This document shows positions 18,803 through 29,300 of a stretch of 64,000 nt of DNA, piece by piece. Position 1 is the stretch's first letter; every line of letters begins with the position of its first letter. The notes beneath the pieces were generated by a model, which saw only the letters and a list, made by a program, of their open reading frames with translations, ran no database searches and was not told the origin of the DNA. The DNA is taken from IMG/VR virus record IMGVR_UViG_3300042892_002114, positions 1-64,000 of that record; one strand, written 5' to 3'. Position numbers and translations under genes: made by a program. This DNA is from a virus.

Positions 18803-19294
18803 TTATTTTTTTCCCATTCTGTTGATTCTTTTGGCAATTTCTTTCAATCGACCATGAATTTCTTTCATGTCTGGTTGAGTACGTGCCCACAAACTTTCTG
18901 TTTTTACATTTGTTTCGGTTTTTAGTCTCTCACAGATGTTTAGTAGATATTCAACTTCACCAAGCATCTTCTTTGCTTGATTGATGCCATATGAAATTTT
19001 GGCATGATTTTTCATCATATCACTATCTTTAAAATTACGATAGCGGCTGCGACCTTCCATAATACCAATATCACGACGTAGTGTTAGTGTTTCACCTTCA
19101 CCAACTGTTGTATCATCTGTGTCTTCTTTGCCTACAACTTTGCCACCTGGCATACTACGTTCTGCTGATTTCTTTTTGCTTTTATGGCCACGAAATGCTG
19201 CTGGTGTTTGATAACCAGCAACAGCACCCGTTGCTGTCATTTCTTCAATGACTTCTTCAACAAGCTCGCGAAGTATTTCTTTGGTGTCTTTCAT
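18803..19294 (-). CDS. Hypothetical head-cluster protein
   Basis: 163 aa; VIEEMTATGAVAGYQTPAAF; tightly packed in the operon. Confidence 0.7.
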   Translation of the reverse strand: MKDTKEILRELVEEVIEEMTATGAVAGYQTPAAFRGHKSKKKSAERSMPGGKVVGKEDTDDTTVGEGETLTLRRDIGIMEGRSRYRNFKDSDMMKNHAKISYGINQAKKMLGEVEYLLNICERLKTETNVKTESLWARTQPDMKEIHGRLKEIAKRINRMGKK

Positions 19295-19297
19295 ATT

Positions 19298-19597
19298 TTA
19301 TTTTCCAATATATCCAACAAATGCATGATCTGATGGAGCATTGTTTACAATATACCAAGCTGCTGTGTCTGAAACCTCGGTTCCCATATCTCTAACATCT
19401 TCTCCTTGCATTAATGTTGCTTTTGTCCAATTGTTTGCTACTGATATATCACAACGATTTGCAACAAGTTTATATGGATTCATACTATACAACTCTTTAG
19501 AATCAACAAAATAAATGTATTTTCCAACAACCTTTTGTGGTTGTGTGGCTTCATTTATTGTTTCTCTGATTAGTTGTTTTAGTTCTGACTTTGTCAT
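19298..19597 (-). CDS. Hypothetical protein with MTKSELKQLIRE leader
   Basis: 99-aa ORF in the operon. Confidence 0.65.
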   Translation of the reverse strand: MTKSELKQLIRETINEATQPQKVVGKYIYFVDSKELYSMNPYKLVANRCDISVANNWTKATLMQGEDVRDMGTEVSDTAAWYIVNNAPSDHAFVGYIGK

Positions 19598-19601
19598 ATG
19601 T

Positions 19602-20477
19602 TTATTTTAGGTTTTTAAGTTCTTTGATCAGTTCATAACTCAACATGAGTGCCATGATTTGATTTTCTTTGACCAAGGTACCCTTGGTAATTTTGTCCAA
19701 TTGATTCAATGTTTCATCAAGTTTGATGCGAACAACATCATTGTTTACATGCGATTTGAGTTCATTGATTTCTTTGCGAACCAAAGGAACTTCATTATTG
19801 ATATATTGGCGCAGCGAGTTTGTGTTGCTGATATTATTGATATATTCACGAATAAGTACCTTTTGCTTGTCGTCCAATCCTTTATACTTTTCATTGAACG
19901 AATCAACAAGCAACTTATAAGCAAGCAAACGAACATCTTCATTTTGTTGTTGATATATTTTGACCAAATCTTTCTTTTCATCTTCACTGACCAACCGAGT
20001 TGGTGTTTTGGCAGCAGCAATGCTTTCTACTATACATGTACGGGCCTTAAAAATTTCGCGAGGATCGCATTCAACCGAATTTACACTTTCTTCAAATACT
20101 TTATAAATACTGGCAAGAAGCTTATAGTTTGAAATACTACCTTTGAGAAAATCATCCAATGGATAGTTTTCGCGAATTTCTTTGATTAAATTATACTTCT
20201 GTAGATTTAATGCGCGTTCATCCAATTTTTTGCGAGTGCGAATAATTTGTTCAAGCAATCTATCAGCGGAAGTTTGATCCTTGGTCTTATCTTCCATGAT
20301 TATGCGATATAATCTATTTTCTCGACCGAGTTCAGTAGATTCTGAAAAATAATCACGCAATATTGCGTTGGCTTTTGAATCCCCCTGACCGTTAAGAATG
20401 TCGGCGGTCACTTGGCGTACCAACAGTTCAAATAGTATTCCAGCATTCTTATACTTAGAGTGTTTCAGCTTCTTCAT
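19602..20477 (-). CDS. Hypothetical helical protein next to the portal (head assembly)
   Basis: 291 aa; KHSKYKNAGILFELLVRQ; TATTTAT upstream. Confidence 0.7.
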   Translation of the reverse strand: MKKLKHSKYKNAGILFELLVRQVTADILNGQGDSKANAILRDYFSESTELGRENRLYRIIMEDKTKDQTSADRLLEQIIRTRKKLDERALNLQKYNLIKEIRENYPLDDFLKGSISNYKLLASIYKVFEESVNSVECDPREIFKARTCIVESIAAAKTPTRLVSEDEKKDLVKIYQQQNEDVRLLAYKLLVDSFNEKYKGLDDKQKVLIREYINNISNTNSLRQYINNEVPLVRKEINELKSHVNNDVVRIKLDETLNQLDKITKGTLVKENQIMALMLSYELIKELKNLK

Positions 20478-20526
20478 ACAGTTTTATTATTTATAAATAT
20501 GTGTGTGGGTGATAAAAACTCATATT

Positions 20527-23500
20527 TTAGAGTGGTTTATCATCATCAATTAGATTAGACTCATCCATAATGGATTTTTCTTCGGTTATTATTTTCTTAT
20601 TTTTATTATTATACTTGTCCATCAATGACTTTTTTATACTTTTAAGATCTTCGTCCATGCTACCCAATGGGGAACCTCTGTATATATGAGTCGTTCTGCG
20701 GTCTGACTTGGACTTTTCTTTATTTTGTCCGTTGCCAAGAATATCTTCTCCGCGTGTTTTTGTGAATGTATCGCTATATTCTTCTTTTTTGCCGTCTTGA
20801 CTTGGACGAATGCCGCGCTCTCTTTCTTTGCGAGTTTCTTCATCAAGAACTGGCTCATTTGCGTTCTTTTCTTCTTCCAACGGTGGCAAACCACCGGCTT
20901 CACCACCACCACCAGCGTCTTCGCCACCGCCACCAAGGTCTGGTAGACCGCCAGCATCTCCACCACCGCCACCCATGTCTCCACCACCACCACCACCGGA
21001 TTCACCACCAGCTTCACCACCACCGGTGGTCAGAGCGGGATCACTGCCTTCGTCGGTAATTTGTTGAATTCTCCAACCTTCTTTTTTGTCTTTTATGACT
21101 TCTTGTTGCAGATCTTCAACATCATCGCCGGACATATTGAATATATTATTATATAGCCACTTCTTGCTAAACATATTGCTCTCCATCATATCGGCAGCAA
21201 GATTTACTTTATTCTGCCAAATTTCCAACTTTTCTTGTTCAAAGATGGTAGAAGGATTGCTCAATTCCAACTCAAAATCAACCAACGACGCATCTTGATA
21301 TCCTTGTACATACAAATGAACAATAGCAATCTTGGTCAGTTCAGAAACAAGAATACGTTGAATACGACCAATGGTACGAGCAAAACGAACATCTTCTGCT
21401 GCCAATGTAGCCTTGCCAGAAATACTTTCATCATAACCCAAGAATGCTTTTGGAATCTTGAGTGCTGCCATCATTTTATTACGAACATATTCCAAGTCAT
21501 CAATACCAGTAAATTCCATACCAGGTAATGTATCAATCTTTGTGCCACTGTCTCCACCACGAACTGGTAGATAAAAATCTTCAACCATATTATTCAAGTT
21601 GAAACGAAGGTTATAATCACCAGTCTTTTCATCAATATATGGCACTTTTTTAACTTGAGTGATAATCTTTTGCATGGCGGCATCAACTTCACTTGGTGCA
21701 ATATTACCAACATCAATAGAGAAAATACGCTTTTCCGGAGCCTTCATGATACGATGGATCAACATGGCATCTTCCATAAGGCTCAATTGCTTCCATACAC
21801 GACGTGCTGGTTCAATCATGCTCTTGCCATATGGTAAGAAATTGCTATCACTCAACAATCTAAAATGAGCAATTTCAAAGTTTTCATATTCCATACCACC
21901 ACCCATACCATCATGCTGATATTTGACATAGTTAAGATTTTTTGGATCACTACCTTCAACACGAGTCAATTCATATGGACTGATTGGATGCACCAAGTGA
22001 ATGCCATATTCTGGTGATATTTCCAATCTCAAGAAAAAATCACCATATTTACAATTCTTTACAAATACTCCACTGTTTGGCATGATTGAACCATTGGCAT
22101 CTCTTCCACATACTGCAAAATTATGCCTATCATCTTCTCCATTTGGACCAACCACGGTCATGCAATATACGTCGGCGGTTTCATTAACAACTTCAATCCG
22201 AGCAACTTTGTGATTGGACACCACAAATGAATCCATATTTTCTTTTTGAATTCTTCGAAATTCTCTGTTATTAAGAGAAGACCACTCGGAAATAAATTTT
22301 GGATTATTTTTTAAAGATTGATATGCCGCTTGCATGGAGATTGGAGAACCCCCATTAAACTTTACTTCATTGTATATATCCAACATTTTACTTGACCATT
22401 TTACTTTCATTCGAAACTTTGCCATATCAGACCGAACTGGATCTTTCCACATTTCTGTTTTATTCTTTGCCCTGACACTATTGTGAGATTGATGAAGGTC
22501 GGAAGAATTGTATTTAATAAAATCCAGTACCGGTTTTCCTTTCATTTCTTTACTCAATCGCTCGCGTCTAGAACTTGAACGAAGATACTTGTCTATACCC
22601 ATCAAACGTTTTTTTGTCACTTCCGGTGAGTGTAGAATTTTTTTACAATGGTCCGCGTGCAATTGGCGATGTGCAAAGAATTCCATTGGTTCTAAATTTG
22701 GCGGAGTATTGTCGTATTTGTTAAAATTCTTGTGGTGCAAAATTCTATTTTCCTTGTCAGTTTCTATTCCAGACGATTTAGCCACCAACCGATGTGTGTA
22801 GTCATATTTATCGGTTTCTGGATTATATATCATCTCATACTCGTTCATTCCTCCTTTTTTTGGACTCAACTTGCGATAAAATGGCATCAAACTGTCATTT
22901 TCTAACAACTCATCTGCTCTCTTGGTAGTTCCGTTGCGAAGTATGAATGGATGTTCTGGCGCGGTTTCTATTACCGAGCCATCATCAAGTGTCACTTTTA
23001 CAATTTTGTTTGATGTATAATTTTTGTTACACCACACAACTTTACCAGGAACAATCTTTTTAGTATCATCTTGTACAGAATAAACCCAAATTTCCTCACC
23101 GGCGTTTAATCGGTTTGATAGCGACTCTATAGTAATAATCTCACCCGATAGGATTGGAATTGGGGAATCGTATTTGACTGGCATGTTTCTGGTCCAACTC
23201 CACATATTGAACTCAACATTTAAAATATCATAAAACAAATTGTTGAGAATTTTTTTGATGTTTTCATTCTTTGAGCGAATTGTAAGAACATTTCCAAATT
23301 CTGAAGGAACAAGGCACTCATCTGAGTAAATATCCAATGCAGATGCAATGATTGGGTCCATGTCCATTACATCATAATCTCTAAACAATTCTAAACGACT
23401 TGCTTGATATGCCATAGACATATCGCGATTATGCAAGTTGTATGTACTGCTTCTTAATCTATTGAAACGATCACGCAAACTATTTCTGTCTGTTGCGTAT

Positions 23501-23613
23501 TGAATTTCATCTGTGTCTATAACTTTTATCTTTTTTCCGCCAACATGACGCACGAGCACGTCCGTTGAGAACATCTTCTTTAGTCTTGTGAATATATCTT
23601 TTTGTTCTGCCAT
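20527..23613 (-). CDS. gp20: Portal protein (T4 gp20-like) interrupted by an intein
   Basis: LMEDAMLIHRIMKAPEKRIF.IDVGN, EDFYLPVRGG.SGTKIDTLPG, ALKIPK, RFARTI.RIQ. Confidence 0.95.
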   Translation of the reverse strand: MAEQKDIFTRLKKMFSTDVLVRHVGGKKIKVIDTDEIQYATDRNSLRDRFNRLRSSTYNLHNRDMSMAYQASRLELFRDYDVMDMDPIIASALDIYSDECLVPSEFGNVLTIRSKNENIKKILNNLFYDILNVEFNMWSWTRNMPVKYDSPIPILSGEIITIESLSNRLNAGEEIWVYSVQDDTKKIVPGKVVWCNKNYTSNKIVKVTLDDGSVIETAPEHPFILRNGTTKRADELLENDSLMPFYRKLSPKKGGMNEYEMIYNPETDKYDYTHRLVAKSSGIETDKENRILHHKNFNKYDNTPPNLEPMEFFAHRQLHADHCKKILHSPEVTKKRLMGIDKYLRSSSRRERLSKEMKGKPVLDFIKYNSSDLHQSHNSVRAKNKTEMWKDPVRSDMAKFRMKVKWSSKMLDIYNEVKFNGGSPISMQAAYQSLKNNPKFISEWSSLNNREFRRIQKENMDSFVVSNHKVARIEVVNETADVYCMTVVGPNGEDDRHNFAVCGRDANGSIMPNSGVFVKNCKYGDFFLRLEISPEYGIHLVHPISPYELTRVEGSDPKNLNYVKYQHDGMGGGMEYENFEIAHFRLLSDSNFLPYGKSMIEPARRVWKQLSLMEDAMLIHRIMKAPEKRIFSIDVGNIAPSEVDAAMQKIITQVKKVPYIDEKTGDYNLRFNLNNMVEDFYLPVRGGDSGTKIDTLPGMEFTGIDDLEYVRNKMMAALKIPKAFLGYDESISGKATLAAEDVRFARTIGRIQRILVSELTKIAIVHLYVQGYQDASLVDFELELSNPSTIFEQEKLEIWQNKVNLAADMMESNMFSKKWLYNNIFNMSGDDVEDLQQEVIKDKKEGWRIQQITDEGSDPALTTGGGEAGGESGGGGGGDMGGGGGDAGGLPDLGGGGEDAGGGGEAGGLPPLEEEKNANEPVLDEETRKERERGIRPSQDGKKEEYSDTFTKTRGEDILGNGQNKEKSKSDRRTTHIYRGSPLGSMDEDLKSIKKSLMDKYNNKNKKIITEEKSIMDESNLIDDDKPL
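22054..23181 (-). mobile_element. Intein (376 aa) with HNH endonuclease, inserted in the portal
   Basis: Removing it restores WSWTRNM|CKYGDFF. Block B TAPEHPF, block F VYCMTV...HNFAV, terminal Asn before Cys+1; HNH motif HRLVA...HHKNFNKYDN.P.NL. Confidence 0.9.
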
Positions 23614-23680
23614 AAGTATGTATATATATGAGCGTCTATTCTATAAATATATACTCATGATATTTTTATAAGATATATCA

Positions 23681-25336
23681 TCACAGCAGCCATGTTAGGT
23701 CTTCTGTTTTGCTTTGACCAGCCACACCACTTGGACCACCAATGCTCATTTTCCAAGGATTGCTGTAAACTCCATAAGGATTATTACCAGATTTATGCAA
23801 TGCCACCATATTATTTTTTATCTGCTCACTTGAAGTGGAACCTATCTTTGATATTATAAGACGAGTAGATTCATCTGCTTCTTTTCTCAATCGCAATGCT
23901 ACATCTCTTATCCACAATCCAATAGCCATTGACAATACGAGGTCATCATTATAACCAGTCATGGCTTCTGCTTTTGCAGATGATCCACCGGTGTTTTTCC
24001 ATATGAATACATTCAGTTCTTCCAACAATCGCTTGCTGTGTATGATTACTTCTTTATTGCGAATATAACTTTCAAGCTTAGATATTAGAAGCGGTCTGGA
24101 CTTATTGGATGTGGTAAAGCCCGGTGTCATTTTGCGTTCTTCGGCATTTATCTTGTTTGTGGATTGAGATTCTACATCCACATATTGTAGGTCCGATGAA
24201 CTATAAAATAGATTTGGATAGTTGCTGTCTAATACAACTTGTATAACTGCCCATCCTACGTTGGCATTTTCTATAACAAGCAATGCTTGATTATATTCAG
24301 TTGCAATCGTCATAAGCAATCGAGCATAATCACTTGTGGGTATTTTTCCTTTATATTCTGCCACTTGTTCCATTGTTTCTATTTCCAAAACTTGACATGC
24401 ACTAAAGTCGGCGGCGTCTCCTCGACCAACGTCGGCACTTATCATATAACTCTTACCAGCTTCTGGATATTTGTATATCCACAATCCTTTGTCATGTCCT
24501 CGCTTTTCTGTTGGATCAATCGCGTGATTTTTTTCATACCATTCTAGTAGTGGAATATCAATAACGGTATTACCTGATGTGCTAAATTCACAATCACATT
24601 CTTGTGCCGCACCTTTTTCGCCGGACAACTTTGTTTGATCATCGCGCCATTTTTGATCGCGTTCTGGATGATGATTCCACGGTAAGCTAATGCGATTCAT
24701 GTTGTTTAGACCAGATTCACTTTCTGTCCACATTTTGTGAAACCAATTACCCACACCATTCGGTGTAGACAACACAACCGCTTTACCACCAGTAGCCAAT
24801 GTGTATTGTGAAGACAACCAGATTTCGTCGATATTGTCGATGAACGCAGCTTCGTCAATGATCAGCAAAGATGCGGCACCTGAACGACCGGCTGTACCCG
24901 CTGATGAAATAGCAACAATCTTGGAGCCGTTGGATAGTTTCAATGACAGTCGATTGTCTTCTGATTCTCGCAGTTTCAACCAACTTGGTAGATTGTCATT
25001 GGCAAAACGAACTTTGGTTACAATTGCTTTGGATGTTTCTTGAGTGATACTCAAACAAATAATTTCTTTGTTTTCATGAAACACCATGAGCCACAATGAA
25101 TATCCAGCAACTAGTGTAGTAATACCCATCTGACGACTCTTGAGAATAATATTTTGGTCATACTTTATCAAGTCGGCCAAAGTTTTGTCTTGAAATGGAT
25201 AAGTAAGAAATGGCAGTGTGCCGCGAATAGGATGTTGAATCTTCACATACTTCTTCATGAAGTATATTGGGTCTTTGGCACACTTTATATACTCTTCCCG
25301 AATTACATCTCTAATATTTTTTGTCGTATTAGACAT
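23681..25336 (-). CDS. gp17: Terminase large subunit (gp17-like)
   Basis: KSRQMGITT (Walker A), LLIIDEAAF (Walker B), STPNG, ISADVGRG and DDLVLS nuclease motifs. Confidence 0.95.
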   Translation of the reverse strand: MSNTTKNIRDVIREEYIKCAKDPIYFMKKYVKIQHPIRGTLPFLTYPFQDKTLADLIKYDQNIILKSRQMGITTLVAGYSLWLMVFHENKEIICLSITQETSKAIVTKVRFANDNLPSWLKLRESEDNRLSLKLSNGSKIVAISSAGTAGRSGAASLLIIDEAAFIDNIDEIWLSSQYTLATGGKAVVLSTPNGVGNWFHKMWTESESGLNNMNRISLPWNHHPERDQKWRDDQTKLSGEKGAAQECDCEFSTSGNTVIDIPLLEWYEKNHAIDPTEKRGHDKGLWIYKYPEAGKSYMISADVGRGDAADFSACQVLEIETMEQVAEYKGKIPTSDYARLLMTIATEYNQALLVIENANVGWAVIQVVLDSNYPNLFYSSSDLQYVDVESQSTNKINAEERKMTPGFTTSNKSRPLLISKLESYIRNKEVIIHSKRLLEELNVFIWKNTGGSSAKAEAMTGYNDDLVLSMAIGLWIRDVALRLRKEADESTRLIISKIGSTSSEQIKNNMVALHKSGNNPYGVYSNPWKMSIGGPSGVAGQSKTEDLTWLL

Positions 25337-25712
25337 AATTGTGAGGTTCGTATTTGGTATATAACGGATGTGTATAATTTGCCATTACAATGTCTGGTAT
25401 TTCATCATACACATATTTTCTAAATTGTGAAGCCGATGCATCAATAATCACACCCTCCACTTCCACCCAATCATGGTCTATGGTATATTCATCATTTACT
25501 TCATCTAATGGACTAATAAATTGATATGCCGCTGGTTCGTCCAACGTGAAATTACCTTCAATATGTTTGGCATTTATTCCACGACTTTTTAGTTCTTTGA
25601 CCAAATCTTTCGCGATAAACTCGCACATACCTTTTTCTGGGTATTTGTTCTTTACTCTGATTGCCAATCCTTCGATTATATCAGACTGGTGCAAGAACTG
25701 AGTCAATTTCAT
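25329..25712 (-). CDS. Hypothetical protein with transglutaminase/papain-like C...HxW...D pattern
   Basis: GMCEFIA...HDWVEVEGVIIDAS. Confidence 0.55.
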   Translation of the reverse strand: MKLTQFLHQSDIIEGLAIRVKNKYPEKGMCEFIAKDLVKELKSRGINAKHIEGNFTLDEPAAYQFISPLDEVNDEYTIDHDWVEVEGVIIDASASQFRKYVYDEIPDIVMANYTHPLYTKYEPHNYV

Positions 25713-26301
25713 TATTGATTTTCTTTAACTCCTTTTCGCCATCTTTTATTTTCTTCAAACAAGTTTTCCAATCTTTTTCAACAAGTGTAGTCAATTCAGC
25801 ACGCACATTATTATCCCATTCTTCAACAAATCCATTGGAATTGACATATGTTAGTTTCTTTGAGCTGTCTGATGCCAAATATTCTCTACTTTCTTTCAGT
25901 TTACGCTTTATATCTTTCAAGTAAGATAATTCATTTTCCAATAGTTTCTTGGTTTCGTATAACTTGAATTTTCCTTTGACACGCAGTTGAGTTTCTTCTT
26001 CAACCAAACAATCAAAGCATTTTTCAGTTTTGAAATACATTTTGCGATCAAGTTTTGAACCCCAACGAACCTCGGTTCCACAGCATTTACATTTATCGTT
26101 GGTTTCTATTCTAATGATGTCTGAAACTCTGGTTACTGCTGACGGACCATATTCTCTTTGTTCCCATTCTTTTCCACTGCTGTCTGTCCATCGTTCACCC
26201 GTTTTGCGAATGATAAACTTATCCTTATCGCCAGTATATCCTACTTTTATGTAGGGTCTTTCTCCCGCCAAATATGACTTAATTATATCCGTGTTTTTCA
26301 T
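25681..26301 (-). CDS. Hypothetical protein with two CxxC motifs
   Basis: CKCC and CFDC; 206-aa ORF upstream of the terminase. Confidence 0.65.
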   Translation of the reverse strand: MKNTDIIKSYLAGERPYIKVGYTGDKDKFIIRKTGERWTDSSGKEWEQREYGPSAVTRVSDIIRIETNDKCKCCGTEVRWGSKLDRKMYFKTEKCFDCLVEEETQLRVKGKFKLYETKKLLENELSYLKDIKRKLKESREYLASDSSKKLTYVNSNGFVEEWDNNVRAELTTLVEKDWKTCLKKIKDGEKELKKINNEIDSVLAPV

Positions 26302-26325
26302 AATGTTATAACCTTTTGTATATAT

Positions 26326-26363
26326 ATAAATGTTCGCTTCATTTATTCTTTGCGAACATTTAT
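26326..26363. repeat. Perfect 12-bp inverted repeat at the end of the nucleotidyltransferase gene
   Basis: ATAAATGTTCGC-N14-GCGAACATTTAT. Confidence 0.7.
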
Positions 26364-29300
26364 TATATGGATATTCCTAAAATCGTTTTGGCTGCTTTTT
26401 GTATTGGAGCATATTCTGCTGATTCCAACCCCGCTTGAGTCAAACCTTCCTTGGCTCTTTCCAGTGCTTTGACTTGAACATCTTTTGGTAGAGTCTTCAT
26501 GAGTGTCAGCAATCCAACATAACTTCTGAAGTTTTCAACATCTTGACCACTTGGCTTGCGTTTAAAAATAAGCTCAAATACTTTATTTACGCTGTTGATA
26601 CGATCTTCTGGTTTGCTTTCGCTGGCAGCAATGTCGGTATAAACATCCACCTTTTTACCTTGATAGTCCATATTCTTAGCCACAAGGCGATATGCCTTGC
26701 GCACACCGGCATGACCAGAACCGCTTGTATTGAGAGTATATTCTGCTGGTAGAGCATGTGTAGCATTGACTGATACAACACTCTTGCCTTTGGCATCAAC
26801 CAAACTCTTCAACTGACCAGATTGTATCTTGAGTGCAGTTGAGTTGGTGACATACACCGCATTTGGCAGTGCGGTTGCTGCTCGTGTCAGACCGCGTAAT
26901 AAAATAGCTCCTGCTAATCCTTTGATGCCAGTCGTCAAATCTTGCCATGGAGAATCTTTAATAAACTTGTTCCACTCAGATGGCTTTTCATAGCCTTGAG
27001 GGTCCAATGTCATTTCATCTCCTTCAAAGTCGATTTGAACAACCTGTTTTACCGGAGAATAATACCACAATGTGACTGTTTGACCTGCCAAAGCACGTTG
27101 ATTTTTTGTACGACCAACATAATGAAAATTTTTACTAACTTTATTTTTTGGTGTTGCTTTCCATTCAACTTGCTTGTCATCAATACTGTCCAAATATGCT
27201 TCCATTGTGTCCAATTTTTCTTTTGGCACAATCACATCAATATCTCCAAAAGCAGATTTGTATTTAGCCAAATCTTTATATTTTGCATCGCCGCTCATTA
27301 GATATTGAGAACTGCCGTTGAACACAAACCCATTTTCAATATATGGATTGTTCTTTTTCCAAAAACCTACCTTACTATTCAGTGCATATATAAGTTCCTT
27401 CACATCACCAGATACAGCAGAACGAATGTCTTTGCCTTGTGGATCAACAATCCTGAGTTTTGTGGTGGCTTGGGCTGGTTGACCATTTACGGTCTTTGAC
27501 GTTTTGTCATCTACAGCAGCAACAGATTGACCAGACTCGGTCAATGATGCAATTGCTTCTCTGATTAGTTGCTTGGCTAGTTCTATACCAAGATTTGCGT
27601 CGTGTTTTATTTTTTCAATATTTTTCATAGCTTCTGGTGTTTCTGCTTTTTCTAATTTTTTTGCAGTGCTGGCCGATTTCATATTTTTTATGAATGTATC
27701 CAGCACATATTTTACAAATTCTTCTCTGGATTTAAATGTTGTTCCATTCTTTGATACAACAACTCCTTTATCAAATGCTCTGTTATTATCAAGTGCTTTA
27801 CTCAAAGCAACCACGGTTTCGCATTTTTTCTTTAATGATGGATCGTTTGCATCCAATCCATAATAACCTTGTAATACTGATGAATTTACTTTTGAAACAC
27901 CAGCAAGATTGCCATAGAACTTCAATATATCCAAAAATACTTGATTTGGATTAAAGAACACAGGCTTTGAGTTTGTTTTGATCAGAGATGACGCAACCTT
28001 GCCATCTATCGTATTTATATATGGATTGGTGTTTGATCCCAACACAACATTAAGAGCATCGGATAATGCACTCAATAGATTTCCAGTAACAAATCCTTTT
28101 AGTCCTTTTTCCGGAGTTGTTCTAATTTTTGTCCATTCCGATGATACTTTATATGACAAAACCAAATCAACTTGAATTTTTTCACCACCAACGTTGAATA
28201 TTAAATATCCTGTACCAAAGTCTTTATCTTGAAAGTTTGGATATATATAACTTGGTTTTTTTTCTTGAATAAACTGGATAATCTTTTCTGAATACTTTTT
28301 ATTAGATGCTAGTTGTGATGTTCTATCATTAGTTTCTTCTGGTAATATAATTTGAATATCTATATCACCATATTCTACACCATCTTTTTCTAAATCTTGT
28401 TTATAATACATTGCTGAACCTACCGGTCCATTGGATTCTATTGGAGGAAGATTTGAATATGCATTGAATTCTGAAACAAATTTATCCATTGCACTCAAAA
28501 TATTTAACACTTTCTTTGGAGTTATAATAGTTGATTGTGTAGAAGTAGATCTCCAACCGCCTTCACCAAACATTTCTTTTTCTATTTCATTTACAACTTC
28601 CTCAGCAAAGTTTATATATGGATTAACTTCTGATACCGGCTCTGGCTTGTTTGCTATGAGAGTATTCCAAATTTCTTCTTTGTCTTTGTTGCCGACCGGT
28701 GGAAGATTTTTCAAGAATGATTCTTTATCATTGTTCATCAAAAATTCACGCATTTTTGTGCCACTTACATTCACTGTAGCAGTTCTTTCTACACCAATTT
28801 TTTTAATTTTATTAGCAGCCAACAACTCTGGATACTTTTTTAAATCTTCATCTTTGAAGTTTATTTCAACATCATCTTTGTCAGAATACAAATTTATGGT
28901 TGGCATATCTGCGGCATCTTGAGTCAATCTTTGTTCCAACCACGCAAGTTCATGCATAATGGCCCGAACTGGAGAATCAACAAACTTTACTTTTACATTC
29001 TTTGGCAAAGATGGAATAAACACATCACTCCATAGTTTTACAAAGTCATCTCCCTTTATAGGAAACTCACCCTTCTTTATTCTATCGGAAGATGATGTAT
29101 AAACAATGACTCGATCATTTTCATTGGCTGCTTTTTCAATAAGCTTCCAGTGACCAATGTGCAGTGGCTTGCCAGCAATTGGAATAAGACCAAGAGTTTT
29201 GTTGGTTGATCCCAACAACCCTTGTTTGGATGTCATCAAACGAATCGTATCATGAATATCATCTTTGATTTGAACAATGTTCTTTTTGTTGCCAGCAATC

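Noticed and set aside
20634-21067. Pro-, His- and Val-rich alternative ORFs
   Set aside because: They are shadows of the GGT-rich portal tail in other frames or on the other strand.
25681-26301. Terminase small subunit, by position
   Set aside because: No motif I can recognise supports it; left as hypothetical.
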